Of a stretch of DNA of 64,000 bases, positions 24,268 through 33,603 are shown in pieces. This DNA comes from a virus (taxonomy: Duplodnaviria; Heunggongvirae; Uroviricota; Caudoviricetes), in IMG/VR virus record IMGVR_UViG_2795385694_000001; one strand, 5' to 3'. The translations under genes were made by a program, and so were the position numbers. Position 1 is the stretch's first letter, and each line of letters begins with the position of its first letter. The notes beneath the pieces were generated by a model. The model was not told the origin of the DNA, searched no databases, and saw only the letters and a program-made list of their open reading frames with translations.

Positions 24268-24599
24268 TTGATCTCCTCATATACGTTCATAAGCTTCTGC
24301 GTGACCCTTACTTCCCTTGTAGGGCCGTCATAGTCGCCGCCCACGAAGGATGCGTAGTAGCCACTGCGTCGGAAGTGGCGCTCAGTGCCATCAAGGCTGG
24401 TGACCTTGAAGATCATCCAAAGGTCTTCACCCTTTCCTTCGCCGCCGTACTGATCGATAAAGGTCGCTCGCCCGATGCCAGGGATCACTACCTCTTCATC
24501 CCCGTACTCGAGCAGATCTTCGAACTCGAACCAGTTACCGGACCACTCGTTTTCTTCGTCTTCGATCGCCTTGTTGAGTTCCTTGATTGTGTAGCTCAT
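24264..24599 (-). CDS. hypothetical protein, paralog family member 2
   Basis: Tandem paralog; ATGA overlap with neighbours. Confidence 0.5.
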   Translation of the reverse strand: MSYTIKELNKAIEDEENEWSGNWFEFEDLLEYGDEEVVIPGIGRATFIDQYGGEGKGEDLWMIFKVTSLDGTERHFRRSGYYASFVGGDYDGPTREVRVTQKLMNVYEEIK

Positions 24600-24928
24600 C
24601 AGATAGACCTCCAGTCAGCCTTCTTTACGTGCGCGGCCTCTACCTCGAATGTGTCTCCACCCCAGTGGATTCCGTCATAGGAAGTGGCATAACCACTGTG
24701 CTTGAAATGGCGAATGCCCGAGAAACTCCTCACCTCGAAAACGAAGTACACCTGTGTACTCACGCCCTGTTCCTTCTCTGGGGTGTGGGCCTCAACAAGG
24801 GTGGCTATGCCGATGCCCGGAAGACCGACAGAGGCACCCATCTGCAGAAGGTTGTAGAGCCCTTCCCAGGCGATCCCGGGTGCTACGAAGGTCGTAGCGA
24901 GGTCGGTGATGTCGTCAACGGTGTAGCT
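24599..24928 (-). CDS. hypothetical protein, paralog family member 3
   Basis: Start taken at the internal MSYTVDDI to match its paralogs; the track ORF extends to 24976. Confidence 0.45.
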   Translation of the reverse strand, partial: SYTVDDITDLATTFVAPGIAWEGLYNLLQMGASVGLPGIGIATLVEAHTPEKEQGVSTQVYFVFEVRSFSGIRHFKHSGYATSYDGIHWGGDTFEVEAAHVKKADWRSI

Positions 24929-25734
24929 CATACGGTTTCCAATCGCTTCAAAAAGTGGCTGTTGTCTTTGTGCCACTGCACGTAATCGAGATCCGGCTTA
25001 CGGAACTCGTCAAAGTGGCTGACGATGAACTGAGCGCTTCTCCCCTTCGTTAGGGAGGTGATTGTGCGGCGCAGGGCCCACTGGTATGCCGCCCCGGGTG
25101 AGTACTTGTAGTCATTGGGGATCACCAACCGCTCCAGTGCGGTCACGTAGATCTCCTCGCGGAACATCTGCACGATGCGCGCATGGGGCATCGCCCAGAC
25201 CTTCCCCATGTCCATCTGGACCGTCTTGCCGTCCTTCAGGCACTCGTCATAGATGGGCTTCCCGGGTGTGTAGGCCACGGAGTGGTGGATGGAGTCATGG
25301 TCATAGATGCGCCTCACCGCGTCGGTGAAGAACTCGTCCGACTCCTGGGTGAGGTCCACCTGCTTCTTGCCGTGGAGGTCTTCCCACACCCTGTAGAGCA
25401 CGTCATGCCATTCGGGGATGAGCTTGGCTCCCCTACGCTTGAGGTCCAGCATGTCGGCCATGTGCTTGCCCCAGGAGTTGTTCTTCAGCTCCCAGTAGGC
25501 GTGCGAGTGCTTGATTGTGTACAGCTGATCTGGGCTTGCGAATACGGACGTCTTGTCCGTCAACTCCAGAATCTCGTACAGCCGGGGATCCCAGAATGCG
25601 TCCCCTCGGATAGATGGGTCCGCGAGTGAGGTGTTTGGCTCGTTCGTGAAGAGGTCCACGTCCTTCGGTTCCCGCCAGTCGGGAAACCAGTGCTTCGCGG
25701 CTACCGAGCCGACGATGAGCGTGGTCAAATCCAT
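24928..25734 (-). CDS. putative nucleotidyltransferase-fold protein
   Basis: LIVGSVAAKHWFPDWREPKDVDLF resembles the Pol-beta NTase hG[GS]x(n)DxD motif; otherwise unassigned. Confidence 0.4.
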   Translation of the reverse strand: MDLTTLIVGSVAAKHWFPDWREPKDVDLFTNEPNTSLADPSIRGDAFWDPRLYEILELTDKTSVFASPDQLYTIKHSHAYWELKNNSWGKHMADMLDLKRRGAKLIPEWHDVLYRVWEDLHGKKQVDLTQESDEFFTDAVRRIYDHDSIHHSVAYTPGKPIYDECLKDGKTVQMDMGKVWAMPHARIVQMFREEIYVTALERLVIPNDYKYSPGAAYQWALRRTITSLTKGRSAQFIVSHFDEFRKPDLDYVQWHKDNSHFLKRLETV

Positions 25735-25931
25735 GCCTTCTGTCGGCGGATGCGGTGGATGCGACGGCGAACGCGCGACCGCTTCGGGTTGTACTCCCCT
25801 CGTCCCACGGCGAGGCTGCGCTTCAGAGCGCGGCCCGGGACTCGAGACCAGCGCTCACGGGCTTCAATCGAATCGGCGGGAACCATCGGGTTCTCGCCGT
25901 CCACGTGGACGTGGCCTTCGTGCTCACTCAC
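25725..25931 (-). CDS. small Arg-rich protein
   Basis: ORF track; ATGA-coupled with the upstream peptide. Confidence 0.35.
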   Translation of the reverse strand: MSEHEGHVHVDGENPMVPADSIEARERWSRVPGRALKRSLAVGRGEYNPKRSRVRRRIHRIRRQKAWI

Positions 25932-26072
25932 TCGCAGGCTGCCTTACCGGGGAGGTAACCGTTTACACCGCTAGCAATCCAGAGCAGCGCAACCCAAGGA
26001 AACGGGACGAAGCCTGACACTAGGATGATGCCGAGGAGGCTCAGACTCAGGGGGATAACCAGGGGATTCATT
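25928..26072 (-). CDS. 47-aa membrane peptide (MNPLVIPLSLSLLGIILVSGFVPFPWVALLWIASG...)
   Basis: ATG overlaps the stop of the 26068..26526 gene; two hydrophobic segments; below the track cutoff. Confidence 0.3.
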
Positions 26073-26526
26073 TCTCTCCACATCCGTTGTGATTGATGAA
26101 CTTTCGCCAGTGTTTCCAGCCATTTGGACAGTGGAAACCCCAGTCACGAGTCACGCGGCCAGTGATGATCAGGGTGGTGGCTGGCTTCTCGTACCACCGG
26201 TCGTGTTCGAAGCTCCATATCGGCAGAGGCACCAGCTCCACACGATGGGCCACGGTCGCTCGCCGGAACGCGATACTCGGGGCCTTTCGCAGGTTCCGTG
26301 ATCCGTCCGCGCGATGCTCCCAGTAGGAGCCCTTCAATAGAATCGACACAAACCACCAGGGATGGTCGTGAAGTGCGCGATCGTCATCCGACCCGAGGAA
26401 CTTGTGAAGGTAGATGTTGAAGCGCTTATTGCGCGGAATGACGTGCCACCGCAATAGGTATGGGGTCCCATCCTGGCGGTTGAGAGTGATGTCAGGAGCC
26501 CTCATGCGCGGAGTTCCTCCAAACAC
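26068..26526 (-). CDS. hypothetical protein with conserved HKF...DDDRALHDHPW motif (possible metal-dependent enzyme)
   Basis: ORF track; His/Asp-rich motif. Confidence 0.5.
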   Translation of the reverse strand: MFGGTPRMRAPDITLNRQDGTPYLLRWHVIPRNKRFNIYLHKFLGSDDDRALHDHPWWFVSILLKGSYWEHRADGSRNLRKAPSIAFRRATVAHRVELVPLPIWSFEHDRWYEKPATTLIITGRVTRDWGFHCPNGWKHWRKFINHNGCGEK

Positions 26527-26792
26527 TGATTGGCGATTGCTTGAACCCGAGCAAGAGGATCCACCGGCAACGAACCGATGGCACCGTGACGGTGCCTAAC
26601 CCCATATGTTTCGAAGCGGATATCTGACAAGGCACTTCTTGCTTTGTCTAGTCGGCTAGACAAAAGGTGGATCGTAGTCTGCTGTGTCGCAATGATTTCC
26701 GCCATCGTCTGAATGCTGCCATTCAGCGATGCCGTTGCGCCCCAGTCGTTTCCATCCATGGAAATAATCGTATCGACGGGATTCGGGTTCAT
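26502..26792 (-). CDS. hypothetical protein
   Basis: ATG 26792 is the ATG inside the ACCCACATGAACCC motif (MNPNPVD...). Confidence 0.5.
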   Translation of the reverse strand: MNPNPVDTIISMDGNDWGATASLNGSIQTMAEIIATQQTTIHLLSSRLDKARSALSDIRFETYGVRHRHGAIGSLPVDPLARVQAIANQCLEELRA

Positions 26793-26928
26793 GTGGGTGA
26801 GAAAAAGTAGAGCCCCGGTCGGCGGCGCGTGAGAGGGCGTCTAGATACATCGACCGGGGCGACTACTGGAGCGTAGCTCTACAGCAGCTACTTACATTAT
26901 ATAGCTATGGTGCGCAAGCCTGAGTTTG

Positions 26929-27552
26929 CTAAAGACCCAGTTCGCGACATACCAAGCTAAAGAGCTGGCTGAAGAAGTTCGATGACTTCCCAATGCGTGC
27001 AGCTAGATCCGTGGTTGGAACGGAAGGGTTGGCAATGATCGCGTTCAACACATCCAGGCATGCTGCGCGACTCTGATGCCCGACACGGCGATGGAACACA
27101 GCGAAGTCGGGACGAGCTGTCACCAGCTCATGGGCGGCACGTGCCTTTTCCAGGCGGTTGCGGTAGCGAGTATCCACACCGTTGTGAGCGTGGAGAGCTT
27201 CGCCAGTCAGTGCCTCTACCGGCATGGTGATCTGCTTAATATCAGGCCACTCGGGGCGCATCGCTGCGCGTTCAGCTGGAGTGGTCCCACCCCAGATGCC
27301 GAATTCCTCGCCATTATCCAAAGCCCAGGTACGGCACATGTCCAGAACGGGGCAGCGTGAGCACGTGGCCTTTGCGCGCTGCTCGGCGTAGGCCACCATT
27401 TCGGTAGCCAACTCCGGAGTGACTCCATCCTCGACCAGCTCTTCCACGGTGAGGAAATGCGACTCCTGGTCATCAGGGTCACATACGGCTTTGCTGCGCC
27501 AATCAAGATCCAGGTCGCTGGCCGTAGGTGGGCGCTCGATCATAGCGGTCAT
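26929..27552 (-). CDS. WhiB-like transcriptional regulator with C-terminal HTH extension
   Basis: AVCDPDD...CSRCPVLDMCRTWAL...GIWGGTTPAER Fe-S cluster Cys pattern and G[IV]WGG motif. Confidence 0.7.
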   Translation of the reverse strand: MTAMIERPPTASDLDLDWRSKAVCDPDDQESHFLTVEELVEDGVTPELATEMVAYAEQRAKATCSRCPVLDMCRTWALDNGEEFGIWGGTTPAERAAMRPEWPDIKQITMPVEALTGEALHAHNGVDTRYRNRLEKARAAHELVTARPDFAVFHRRVGHQSRAACLDVLNAIIANPSVPTTDLAARIGKSSNFFSQLFSLVCRELGL

Positions 27553-27571
27553 TTGGTTTGTATCCCTTCAA

Positions 27572-28030
27572 TCAGTCCCGGTCGTGTACCGGGACTTTTG
27601 TTGCAAGTGCGACAAGTTCGGCCAGGGTGCAGCTAACCCACTGCTTCATGGGATCAGTTGTGCCCTTGCGCTTGTGAACGAAGAACCCGGCAAGAGCTCC
27701 CGCGTTCTTGGCCTCTACTTTAGCCTCCCCAACCCCTTCGGGAAGGCTTAATGTAGCTACGTCCTTAGTTTCGATAACGATGTCGTGACCGTCAATACGG
27801 AAGTTGACAACATCGCCCTTGTCAACACTCCCCCAGCTCGGTGCAACCTGAATGTTGGGGTCCTGCAATGCTTCTCGCAGCCCATCAACAATGAGGCGAT
27901 TGAACTTCGCCCCTGCGGCTTTCGCCGACTTCCGGTTCCTACTCAACGACCCGCTACCTTTACGTCCGAACCTGTTTACGCGACAGACCCTCAACCTCCC
28001 CGGCTGACTGTCCGTCAGTGGAATGACCAT
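27572..28030 (-). CDS. putative PD-(D/E)xK-family nuclease
   Basis: Start at ATG 28030 (MVIPLTD), 25 bp downstream of an ACCCACATGAAC motif; GDVVNFRIDGHDIVIETK resembles a D...ExK motif. Confidence 0.4.
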   Translation of the reverse strand: MVIPLTDSQPGRLRVCRVNRFGRKGSGSLSRNRKSAKAAGAKFNRLIVDGLREALQDPNIQVAPSWGSVDKGDVVNFRIDGHDIVIETKDVATLSLPEGVGEAKVEAKNAGALAGFFVHKRKGTTDPMKQWVSCTLAELVALATKVPVHDRD

Positions 28031-28194
28031 ACAGAGAGGGTATGACAACCGGCACCCACATGAACTGCAAACGCCTCCCCACCGATGCACAGATGCCCTC
28101 CCAAGTCTCGTTTGGCAGACTGTAACCCTGGTCACACGGGGTCAACATCTGGGGACTCGGCTTTACCAGACAACTGACTGGTTGGGTTTGCCGC

Positions 28195-28518
28195 CTAGCG
28201 GATGAAGTCGGGCCGGTCATCCTCTTCCTCGGGGATCCTGCGGGCCATGGCCGCATAGAACTCCGCGCGTCGCGCCTTCGCCTTGGGGGTCTTCCCGAAC
28301 ATCTCGGGAATCCATTCACCAGCCACCCACACCGTACTCTCCTGGCGGTCAACGCAATTAGCCTTCAAGCACTCAGGACGTACCGGACATTCGCCACAGA
28401 TGCTCTGGACCTCGGCAGTATCCTTCTCGCCAAGTTCGTTGGGGTCCTTGATGAAACGGATATCTCCACCACACTGGATGTACTGATACCACTCCTGGTT
28501 TGAATTCCAGAGCTTCAT
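28195..28518 (-). CDS. WhiB-like regulator
   Basis: CGECPVRPECLKANC plus an upstream Cys; ~107 aa. Confidence 0.65.
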   Translation of the reverse strand: MKLWNSNQEWYQYIQCGGDIRFIKDPNELGEKDTAEVQSICGECPVRPECLKANCVDRQESTVWVAGEWIPEMFGKTPKAKARRAEFYAAMARRIPEEEDDRPDFIR

Positions 28519-29810
28519 GCCGCGAACCGCATCTGGTCGAAACGTTCAGCAAGGATCACGACATCCTCAGGGCCCTGGCGATTCTTCACGAAGCACGCGT
28601 TCATCAGTGGCACGCCCTGGTCTTCGTCATCTCCATGGGACGTAGGTGGACGGGACAGGATGACAGCGACATCAGCCGTCTGCTCAATGCCGCCCGATTC
28701 TCGAAAGTCCGACTTGTTCGGAAGACGCGGCTTGCCGTTGTGCTGCTCGAGGCTGCGATTCAACTGTGCTGCAACAAGAACCGCACAGTCCAGCCGCCGC
28801 GCAATGCTACGAGCCATGGTCGCGATGTAGTCGACTTCCAGCACACGCGAGTCAAATCGCTTGGCAGACTTGACCAGCTGCAGATAGTCAATGAATACGA
28901 AGTCCAGACCGAACCGCTGCTTGTGCACCCGGCACCTCTGCGCGATCTCCTCGATGGTGAGGTCTGGCTCATCATCGATCGTGAAACGGATCTCTGCATT
29001 GTCAGCGGCCCATCGGCTGATCTTCTCCTGCTGAGACGGATCCATCTTGCGCCGGAAGATCGGCTTGTAAGGGGTCTCTGTTCCACATGCAGCAAGACGG
29101 CCCATCAGGTCGTCCTTGGAGAGCTCCAGGGAGAAGACCAGCGTCTCGTACCCCTGCTTGGCGATATGCCACGACACCTGCGTGCCGAAGATCGTCTTGC
29201 CGCAGCCAGGGCGTGCGCCCGTCACATACAGCCGCTGACTCTGATAGCCCCCACCGAGCTGGTCATTGACGTTCATCCAGGGTGTTGGCAAGAACGGACG
29301 ATCATCCTCCTGCGCTGTAGACCACTGGTCATATAGTTCGCGGAAGCCAAGGGAGTAGACCTCCTGCATGTCATCCAGCTGGTCAAGGAAGGATCGCGCG
29401 GCCTCCAACGCCTCCGGGATCTCGCCCGGGTCGTCATGAAGCGCCTGGAACCTCTGCCCCAGGCTGTTGACGGTTCGGATCTTCCACTGCTCAGTGACGA
29501 TCTGCGCGTAATAACCGACGTTCCCCGGCACATTGCAGTGCTCCATGCAGGTCTGCAGGTAGGGGGCTCCACCAGACTTACGCAGATCCTTACTTCGGCG
29601 CAGGCGGTCGAATACCGTCATGGCGTCAATAGGCACCGCCTCCGCATACATGCCCTGAATGCACGTAAAGAGGAGTTCGTTGGTTGGGTGATAGAAGTGA
29701 TCAGCCCTCAGGCCCTCCAGCTTGGAGAACACGTCAGGGTTCAGGAGGAGCGCTCCGATTACACCTTGCTCAGCTCGGAGGTCGTGGGCTGGCTCTCGGT
29801 CTCCTGACAC
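28515..29810 (-). CDS. dnaB: DnaB-like replicative helicase
   Basis: N-terminal DnaB domain (GVIGALLLNPDVF), Walker A GARPGCGKT, RecA-like core with Walker B and arginine finger. Confidence 0.9.
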   Translation of the reverse strand: MSGDREPAHDLRAEQGVIGALLLNPDVFSKLEGLRADHFYHPTNELLFTCIQGMYAEAVPIDAMTVFDRLRRSKDLRKSGGAPYLQTCMEHCNVPGNVGYYAQIVTEQWKIRTVNSLGQRFQALHDDPGEIPEALEAARSFLDQLDDMQEVYSLGFRELYDQWSTAQEDDRPFLPTPWMNVNDQLGGGYQSQRLYVTGARPGCGKTIFGTQVSWHIAKQGYETLVFSLELSKDDLMGRLAACGTETPYKPIFRRKMDPSQQEKISRWAADNAEIRFTIDDEPDLTIEEIAQRCRVHKQRFGLDFVFIDYLQLVKSAKRFDSRVLEVDYIATMARSIARRLDCAVLVAAQLNRSLEQHNGKPRLPNKSDFRESGGIEQTADVAVILSRPPTSHGDDEDQGVPLMNACFVKNRQGPEDVVILAERFDQMRFAA

Positions 29811-30280
29811 TCGACCCTCTCTCTATAAATCTGGGTGATCCATGCCCGTGAAATCTCCCTGTGCCAGAAGCGGATAGCTTCTGGGTCGGTCATGTCGTCG
29901 GGTGGATACTGCTTGGGCATCTTGATGCCGAACCGGTTCTCCACAGCTTTTACGTTCGTGGTCTTCCACTGCTGCTTCATCCAATTCCGTTGGGCTGCAC
30001 GCTCGTCTGCGAAAAGATCGACGTCGTCGTACCGGCCCTGCTTTAGCCACGAATGCGCTGCGGGAACATAGGTCAAGTCGTCCGGGTCACATGACATCGC
30101 AAAGTTGCGCGCGGACTCAATGAGCTTGGCCGGATCTTGCCCCTTGTTTTCGACCAGGTCAGCGAAAACACGCTCGGCCTCACTGATGGCAGTGTGTTTG
30201 GGATAGGCATCCCAGAACTGCCTGAAAGACCGAGCGTGTTTCTTACGCGCCTCGCCGGGGGTTAGCTTCTCGCTCACCAA
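29759..30280 (-). CDS. hypothetical protein
   Basis: ORF track; the start may be internal. Confidence 0.4.
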   Translation of the reverse strand: MVSEKLTPGEARKKHARSFRQFWDAYPKHTAISEAERVFADLVENKGQDPAKLIESARNFAMSCDPDDLTYVPAAHSWLKQGRYDDVDLFADERAAQRNWMKQQWKTTNVKAVENRFGIKMPKQYPPDDMTDPEAIRFWHREISRAWITQIYRERVECQETESQPTTSELSKV

Positions 30281-30705
30281 TCCGGTTCATCGTTGTTGGA
30301 GTCGCCGCCCCAAGCATCTTCTGTGGGCTTCTGGCGTTGCGCGCCGCCCTTCTGCGGAGCTGCAGTGGCAAAGCGAAGATCGGGGCCGAAGGAGTCGAAC
30401 TCAACTTCCAGCACGGAGCGCTTCTCACCCTCGCGGGTCTCAAATGAGCGCTGCTTGATCTGGCCGTGGCCGATAACGCGGTCTCCGCGCGAAAGGCTCT
30501 CGGCTACATTCTCCGCGAACACATCCCAGATGGTTCCGTTCAGGAACGTGGTGTCGCCGTCGACCCAGTTTCCACCCGGGTCCTTCTTTCGGGTGTTCGT
30601 CGCCACCGACACATTGACCACGGCCTTACCGCCGCCAGTAAAACGGACCTCGGGATCACGAGTGAGGGTGCCAACAACAGTGACTTCAGGAAGGGTGATG
30701 CTCAT
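30274..30705 (-). CDS. ssb: single-stranded DNA-binding protein
   Basis: OB-fold SSB signature VVGTLTRDPEVRFTGGGKAVVNVSVA...; Gly/Gln-rich acidic tail. Confidence 0.85.
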   Translation of the reverse strand: MSITLPEVTVVGTLTRDPEVRFTGGGKAVVNVSVATNTRKKDPGGNWVDGDTTFLNGTIWDVFAENVAESLSRGDRVIGHGQIKQRSFETREGEKRSVLEVEFDSFGPDLRFATAAPQKGGAQRQKPTEDAWGGDSNNDEPDW

Positions 30706-30726
30706 ATGCTCTCAATTCGTTCGGGA

Positions 30727-31080
30727 TCAGTTGCTGGACCATGGGTCTCGTAGATCGATGTCTCTATGATATTCGGCCCCCAGTAGGTTCATGTGGGTGA
30801 ACTTTCCCAGGTGGTGCTGGTAAATCGGGATGGAAGCTGGCTCTTCCCAAGGCCTTACGTGATAGCCCTCAGAGTGTGCTGCGTTGGGGTTGTGTTCAAT
30901 CCACCCATGGCAACCGACAGTTCCGTGTCCGCACACGTGGACGATGTTGTCAAGGCTCCACAGGCCTCCCTGAGACCTCTTCTTGCGGTGGTGCATAGAC
31001 AGTCCACCACCGATGCCGCAACGCTCGCATAGGCCACCTGAGCGGCGTGGGACCTCTACGCGGCACTGCTTCTCGGTCAT
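30727..31080 (-). CDS. HNH endonuclease
   Basis: CERCGIG...MHHRKKRSQGG...NIVHVCGHGTVGCHGWIEHN; start at MTEKQC with TAATG overlap upstream. Confidence 0.65.
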   Translation of the reverse strand: MTEKQCRVEVPRRSGGLCERCGIGGGLSMHHRKKRSQGGLWSLDNIVHVCGHGTVGCHGWIEHNPNAAHSEGYHVRPWEEPASIPIYQHHLGKFTHMNLLGAEYHRDIDLRDPWSSN

Positions 31081-31235
31081 TAAATGGGGAGGAGGATCCG
31101 CGCAAGCTGACGAAGCAACTCCCGCTGCCACGGAATGACGATCTCACCGAGCATCGCCTCAAGCTGCTGAATGAAGTTGGGTGCAGGCCTTACAAACTCG
31201 CGAAGCTCAGCGTCCAATGCGTCAAAGTCAGCCAT
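31080..31235 (-). CDS. 51-aa hypothetical peptide
   Basis: ATG 31235; its stop overlaps the HNH start (TAATG). Confidence 0.3.
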   Translation of the reverse strand: MADFDALDAELREFVRPAPNFIQQLEAMLGEIVIPWQRELLRQLARILLPI

Positions 31236-31406
31236 TGCGTGTCCTTCTCCTCAGTTCCTCGCGCTGGTGGGTCTGCAAGCTCTTCAAAACCTTCGTGAAC
31301 GGCCACGTCTTGCCATCGTGAATCAGCTTGCCGTCGCGGTCATACGCGGGCCGCTGGTCAGGGAGCTTGTTCGGCAACGCGGGGGCGTGAAAATGCGATG
31401 GGCGCA

Positions 31407-31745
31407 TCAGGATCCGAGTCCTCTCATCTGTACGTCAGTCCCAGCTAGAGAGCTATACAGCGTCCAGCGGGATGGGAAGTTGAAACCGAGATCCTCGAAC
31501 CAGTCGCGGTCCCATTCGGGAGTCTCTGTAGCCCAGATGAATTCACCATTGGACAGCTCAATGACTGCTGATTTCACCGTCTTCTCTTCGGGGTGTGCGA
31601 AGAGGTAGTCGCCCATGTAGTAGCACAGCCAAGCGCCCGGGGTAAGGTCCGGCTCTTTCAGTTCGCCGGAAAGATTCTGAAACAGCTGACGCAAAGAACT
31701 AAGTAGCTTCACAGCACGTTCTCCTTGAATTCCAGAGTGAGCCAA
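31407..31745 (-). CDS. hypothetical protein
   Basis: ORF track. Confidence 0.4.
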   Translation of the reverse strand: MAHSGIQGERAVKLLSSLRQLFQNLSGELKEPDLTPGAWLCYYMGDYLFAHPEEKTVKSAVIELSNGEFIWATETPEWDRDWFEDLGFNFPSRWTLYSSLAGTDVQMRGLGS

Positions 31746-31911
31746 AGCCCGTCTGGCTCTTGAGTAATTCGAACGGAATACGCATCACCCCCGGGGATCG
31801 TCAGTAGCGCAGCGCCGTGGGTAAGCGTCAGGGCAACCTGGTAGTCCGAGTGAGGGTGACTGCGAATAGCTTGTGCGATGCGGCTTTCCAGTCGCACGCG
31901 GACGGAGTTCA
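31709..31911 (-). CDS. hypothetical protein (67 aa, GTG start)
   Basis: GTGA overlap with the upstream stop; the longer track ORF overlaps 31909..32433. Confidence 0.35.
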
Positions 31912-32433
31912 CATCTCCCCCAGGTACTTTGTTTCGGTGTAGCTTTGGGACTGACTTGGCGCGTCCATGACGGCCTCCCAGTCGTGGAAGTTCCTCACGC
32001 AGAAGCGAAGGTTGGTTTCCTCGTTCGGCTTGTCCCACCAGACAACGTCGTCATCGAGAACTCGATACTCGACATAGCCGTTCGCAGCATCACACCGCAG
32101 GATGGTGAAGCCGAAGGGCGACTGAAGTTCGGTAAGCCGATCCTTTTGACAGCGAGCGGGATCCAGATCTTTGGCGATCAACGCAAACTCATCAGCCGCA
32201 GTAATCACTGGGCGGTCAGTAGCGTCGCGATCGATGCGAAATCGTCCGACCTCGCCGTGACCTTCAGCGATTAGAGTGGAGTTGAAGAACTCCTCGCCAG
32301 TCTCCGGGTCCTGCCAACCCTCATCGGGGTACTTTCCCACTAGTCGAAGCACAATCTCACTCAAGACCCAGCTCCTTCGCCCACTCCTGGAAGTGCTCTG
32401 CCGAGCTCTCGTCACGCAACGCCTTGCTGTCAA
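31909..32433 (-). CDS. hypothetical protein
   Basis: ORF track. Confidence 0.5.
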   Translation of the reverse strand: MTARRCVTRARQSTSRSGRRSWVLSEIVLRLVGKYPDEGWQDPETGEEFFNSTLIAEGHGEVGRFRIDRDATDRPVITAADEFALIAKDLDPARCQKDRLTELQSPFGFTILRCDAANGYVEYRVLDDDVVWWDKPNEETNLRFCVRNFHDWEAVMDAPSQSQSYTETKYLGEM

Positions 32434-32668
32434 GCCACTTTGCGAGGCCTTCCGCTGACTGCGCTGTGTAGCGCTTCACTGCAACCTCCGAGATGCCGCG
32501 CGACTGAAGAAGCTTCGTGCGGTCATGGTCATAGGAGGCGAGCACTACACGGATGTTCGCGGCCATACCATGCGGGTATTCACCGTGCTCCTCGAGATAG
32601 TCGAGGACGTGCGAAAGTGCAACGTACAGAACCTCTCCGTAGGAGATGGGGATCTGGGCGCTACTCAT
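32357..32668 (-). CDS. hypothetical protein
   Basis: Start trimmed to MSSAQIPIS to avoid a 130-nt overlap. Confidence 0.4.
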   Translation of the reverse strand: MSSAQIPISYGEVLYVALSHVLDYLEEHGEYPHGMAANIRVVLASYDHDRTKLLQSRGISEVAVKRYTAQSAEGLAKWLDSKALRDESSAEHFQEWAKELGLE

Positions 32669-33020
32669 CGCGCATCTCGTCTTCAAGCCGGTTGAAGAAC
32701 TCGCCTTCAGCCTCTTTGTACTGCTCGGTGATTGCCGCCAGGAAGTGTTCGCCAACCTCACGGGCGATAGCGTCTCCAGCCACCAAACCAACAGGACCGT
32801 AATTGGCGTGAAGATACTCTGCGACTAGCTCGTTGTATCCGAGCAGCCAGTCCGCGATCTTGTCGCGGTACGCCTTTGGGATATTCGTATGCAAGGCTAG
32901 GAAGTTGATAAACGTACGCGGTGCTTCTGCGATGGTGAATGGCAGCGAGAGGTTCATTGAATCGACCCGCTTGGGCTGGGCAGGAAGCTTGATGGGGTCA
33001 GGGATTGGCTTACGGGCCAT
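32661..33020 (-). CDS. hypothetical protein
   Basis: ORF track. Confidence 0.45.
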   Translation of the reverse strand: MARKPIPDPIKLPAQPKRVDSMNLSLPFTIAEAPRTFINFLALHTNIPKAYRDKIADWLLGYNELVAEYLHANYGPVGLVAGDAIAREVGEHFLAAITEQYKEAEGEFFNRLEDEMRDE

Positions 33021-33397
33021 CAGAAGTTTCCTCCACCAGTTCCGAATACTTGTGCCAGCAGTTTGGAGCGCATTCCGATCGCGATCAGCTCTTTCTCAAG
33101 GGCTGACAATCGGCGTTCACAGAGACCAAGCTGGGCATTGGCGATATCGAGGTCAATGCGCTCCTGCTCGGTCTCCTCGGCTGCGTGAGCCTTCGCCTTG
33201 CCGACAGCACCAGTGAATGCCATCATCTTGCGGGCTTCGGCTACGGCGAATCGAGTCGCGCGCCAATCCTTCTGCGCCCTATGCCAGGCAAGAATCTTGT
33301 TCCACTTCGTGATAAGGAAGTTGACCCTATCCAGCTCGCGGTCGATAAGGTCGGGCGTGAGATCCGTATACGTATAGTCCACCAACTCGTCGCTCAT
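33020..33397 (-). CDS. hypothetical protein (coiled-coil)
   Basis: ORF track. Confidence 0.5.
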   Translation of the reverse strand: MSDELVDYTYTDLTPDLIDRELDRVNFLITKWNKILAWHRAQKDWRATRFAVAEARKMMAFTGAVGKAKAHAAEETEQERIDLDIANAQLGLCERRLSALEKELIAIGMRSKLLAQVFGTGGGNF

Positions 33398-33603
33398 TCG
33401 ACCTCATACCAGTCAGTGACAGTGCGCTGCAATAGTTTCCGCCCGCTGGCTTCATCCACGTACTTACGTGCCTGGGCTTCCGTCAGTTCACCCACTTCTT
33501 CACGGCAGGCAACCTCTCCGCATGGGTACGAAAAGCTCCATTCGACGTAGCACTTTGGCAGCGGCTTGTTCTGCGCTTCGAGCTGCTCCTGCACGCTACT
33601 CAT
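33394..33603 (-). CDS. hypothetical protein
   Basis: ORF track; ATGA overlaps. Confidence 0.45.
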   Translation of the reverse strand: MSSVQEQLEAQNKPLPKCYVEWSFSYPCGEVACREEVGELTEAQARKYVDEASGRKLLQRTVTDWYEVE

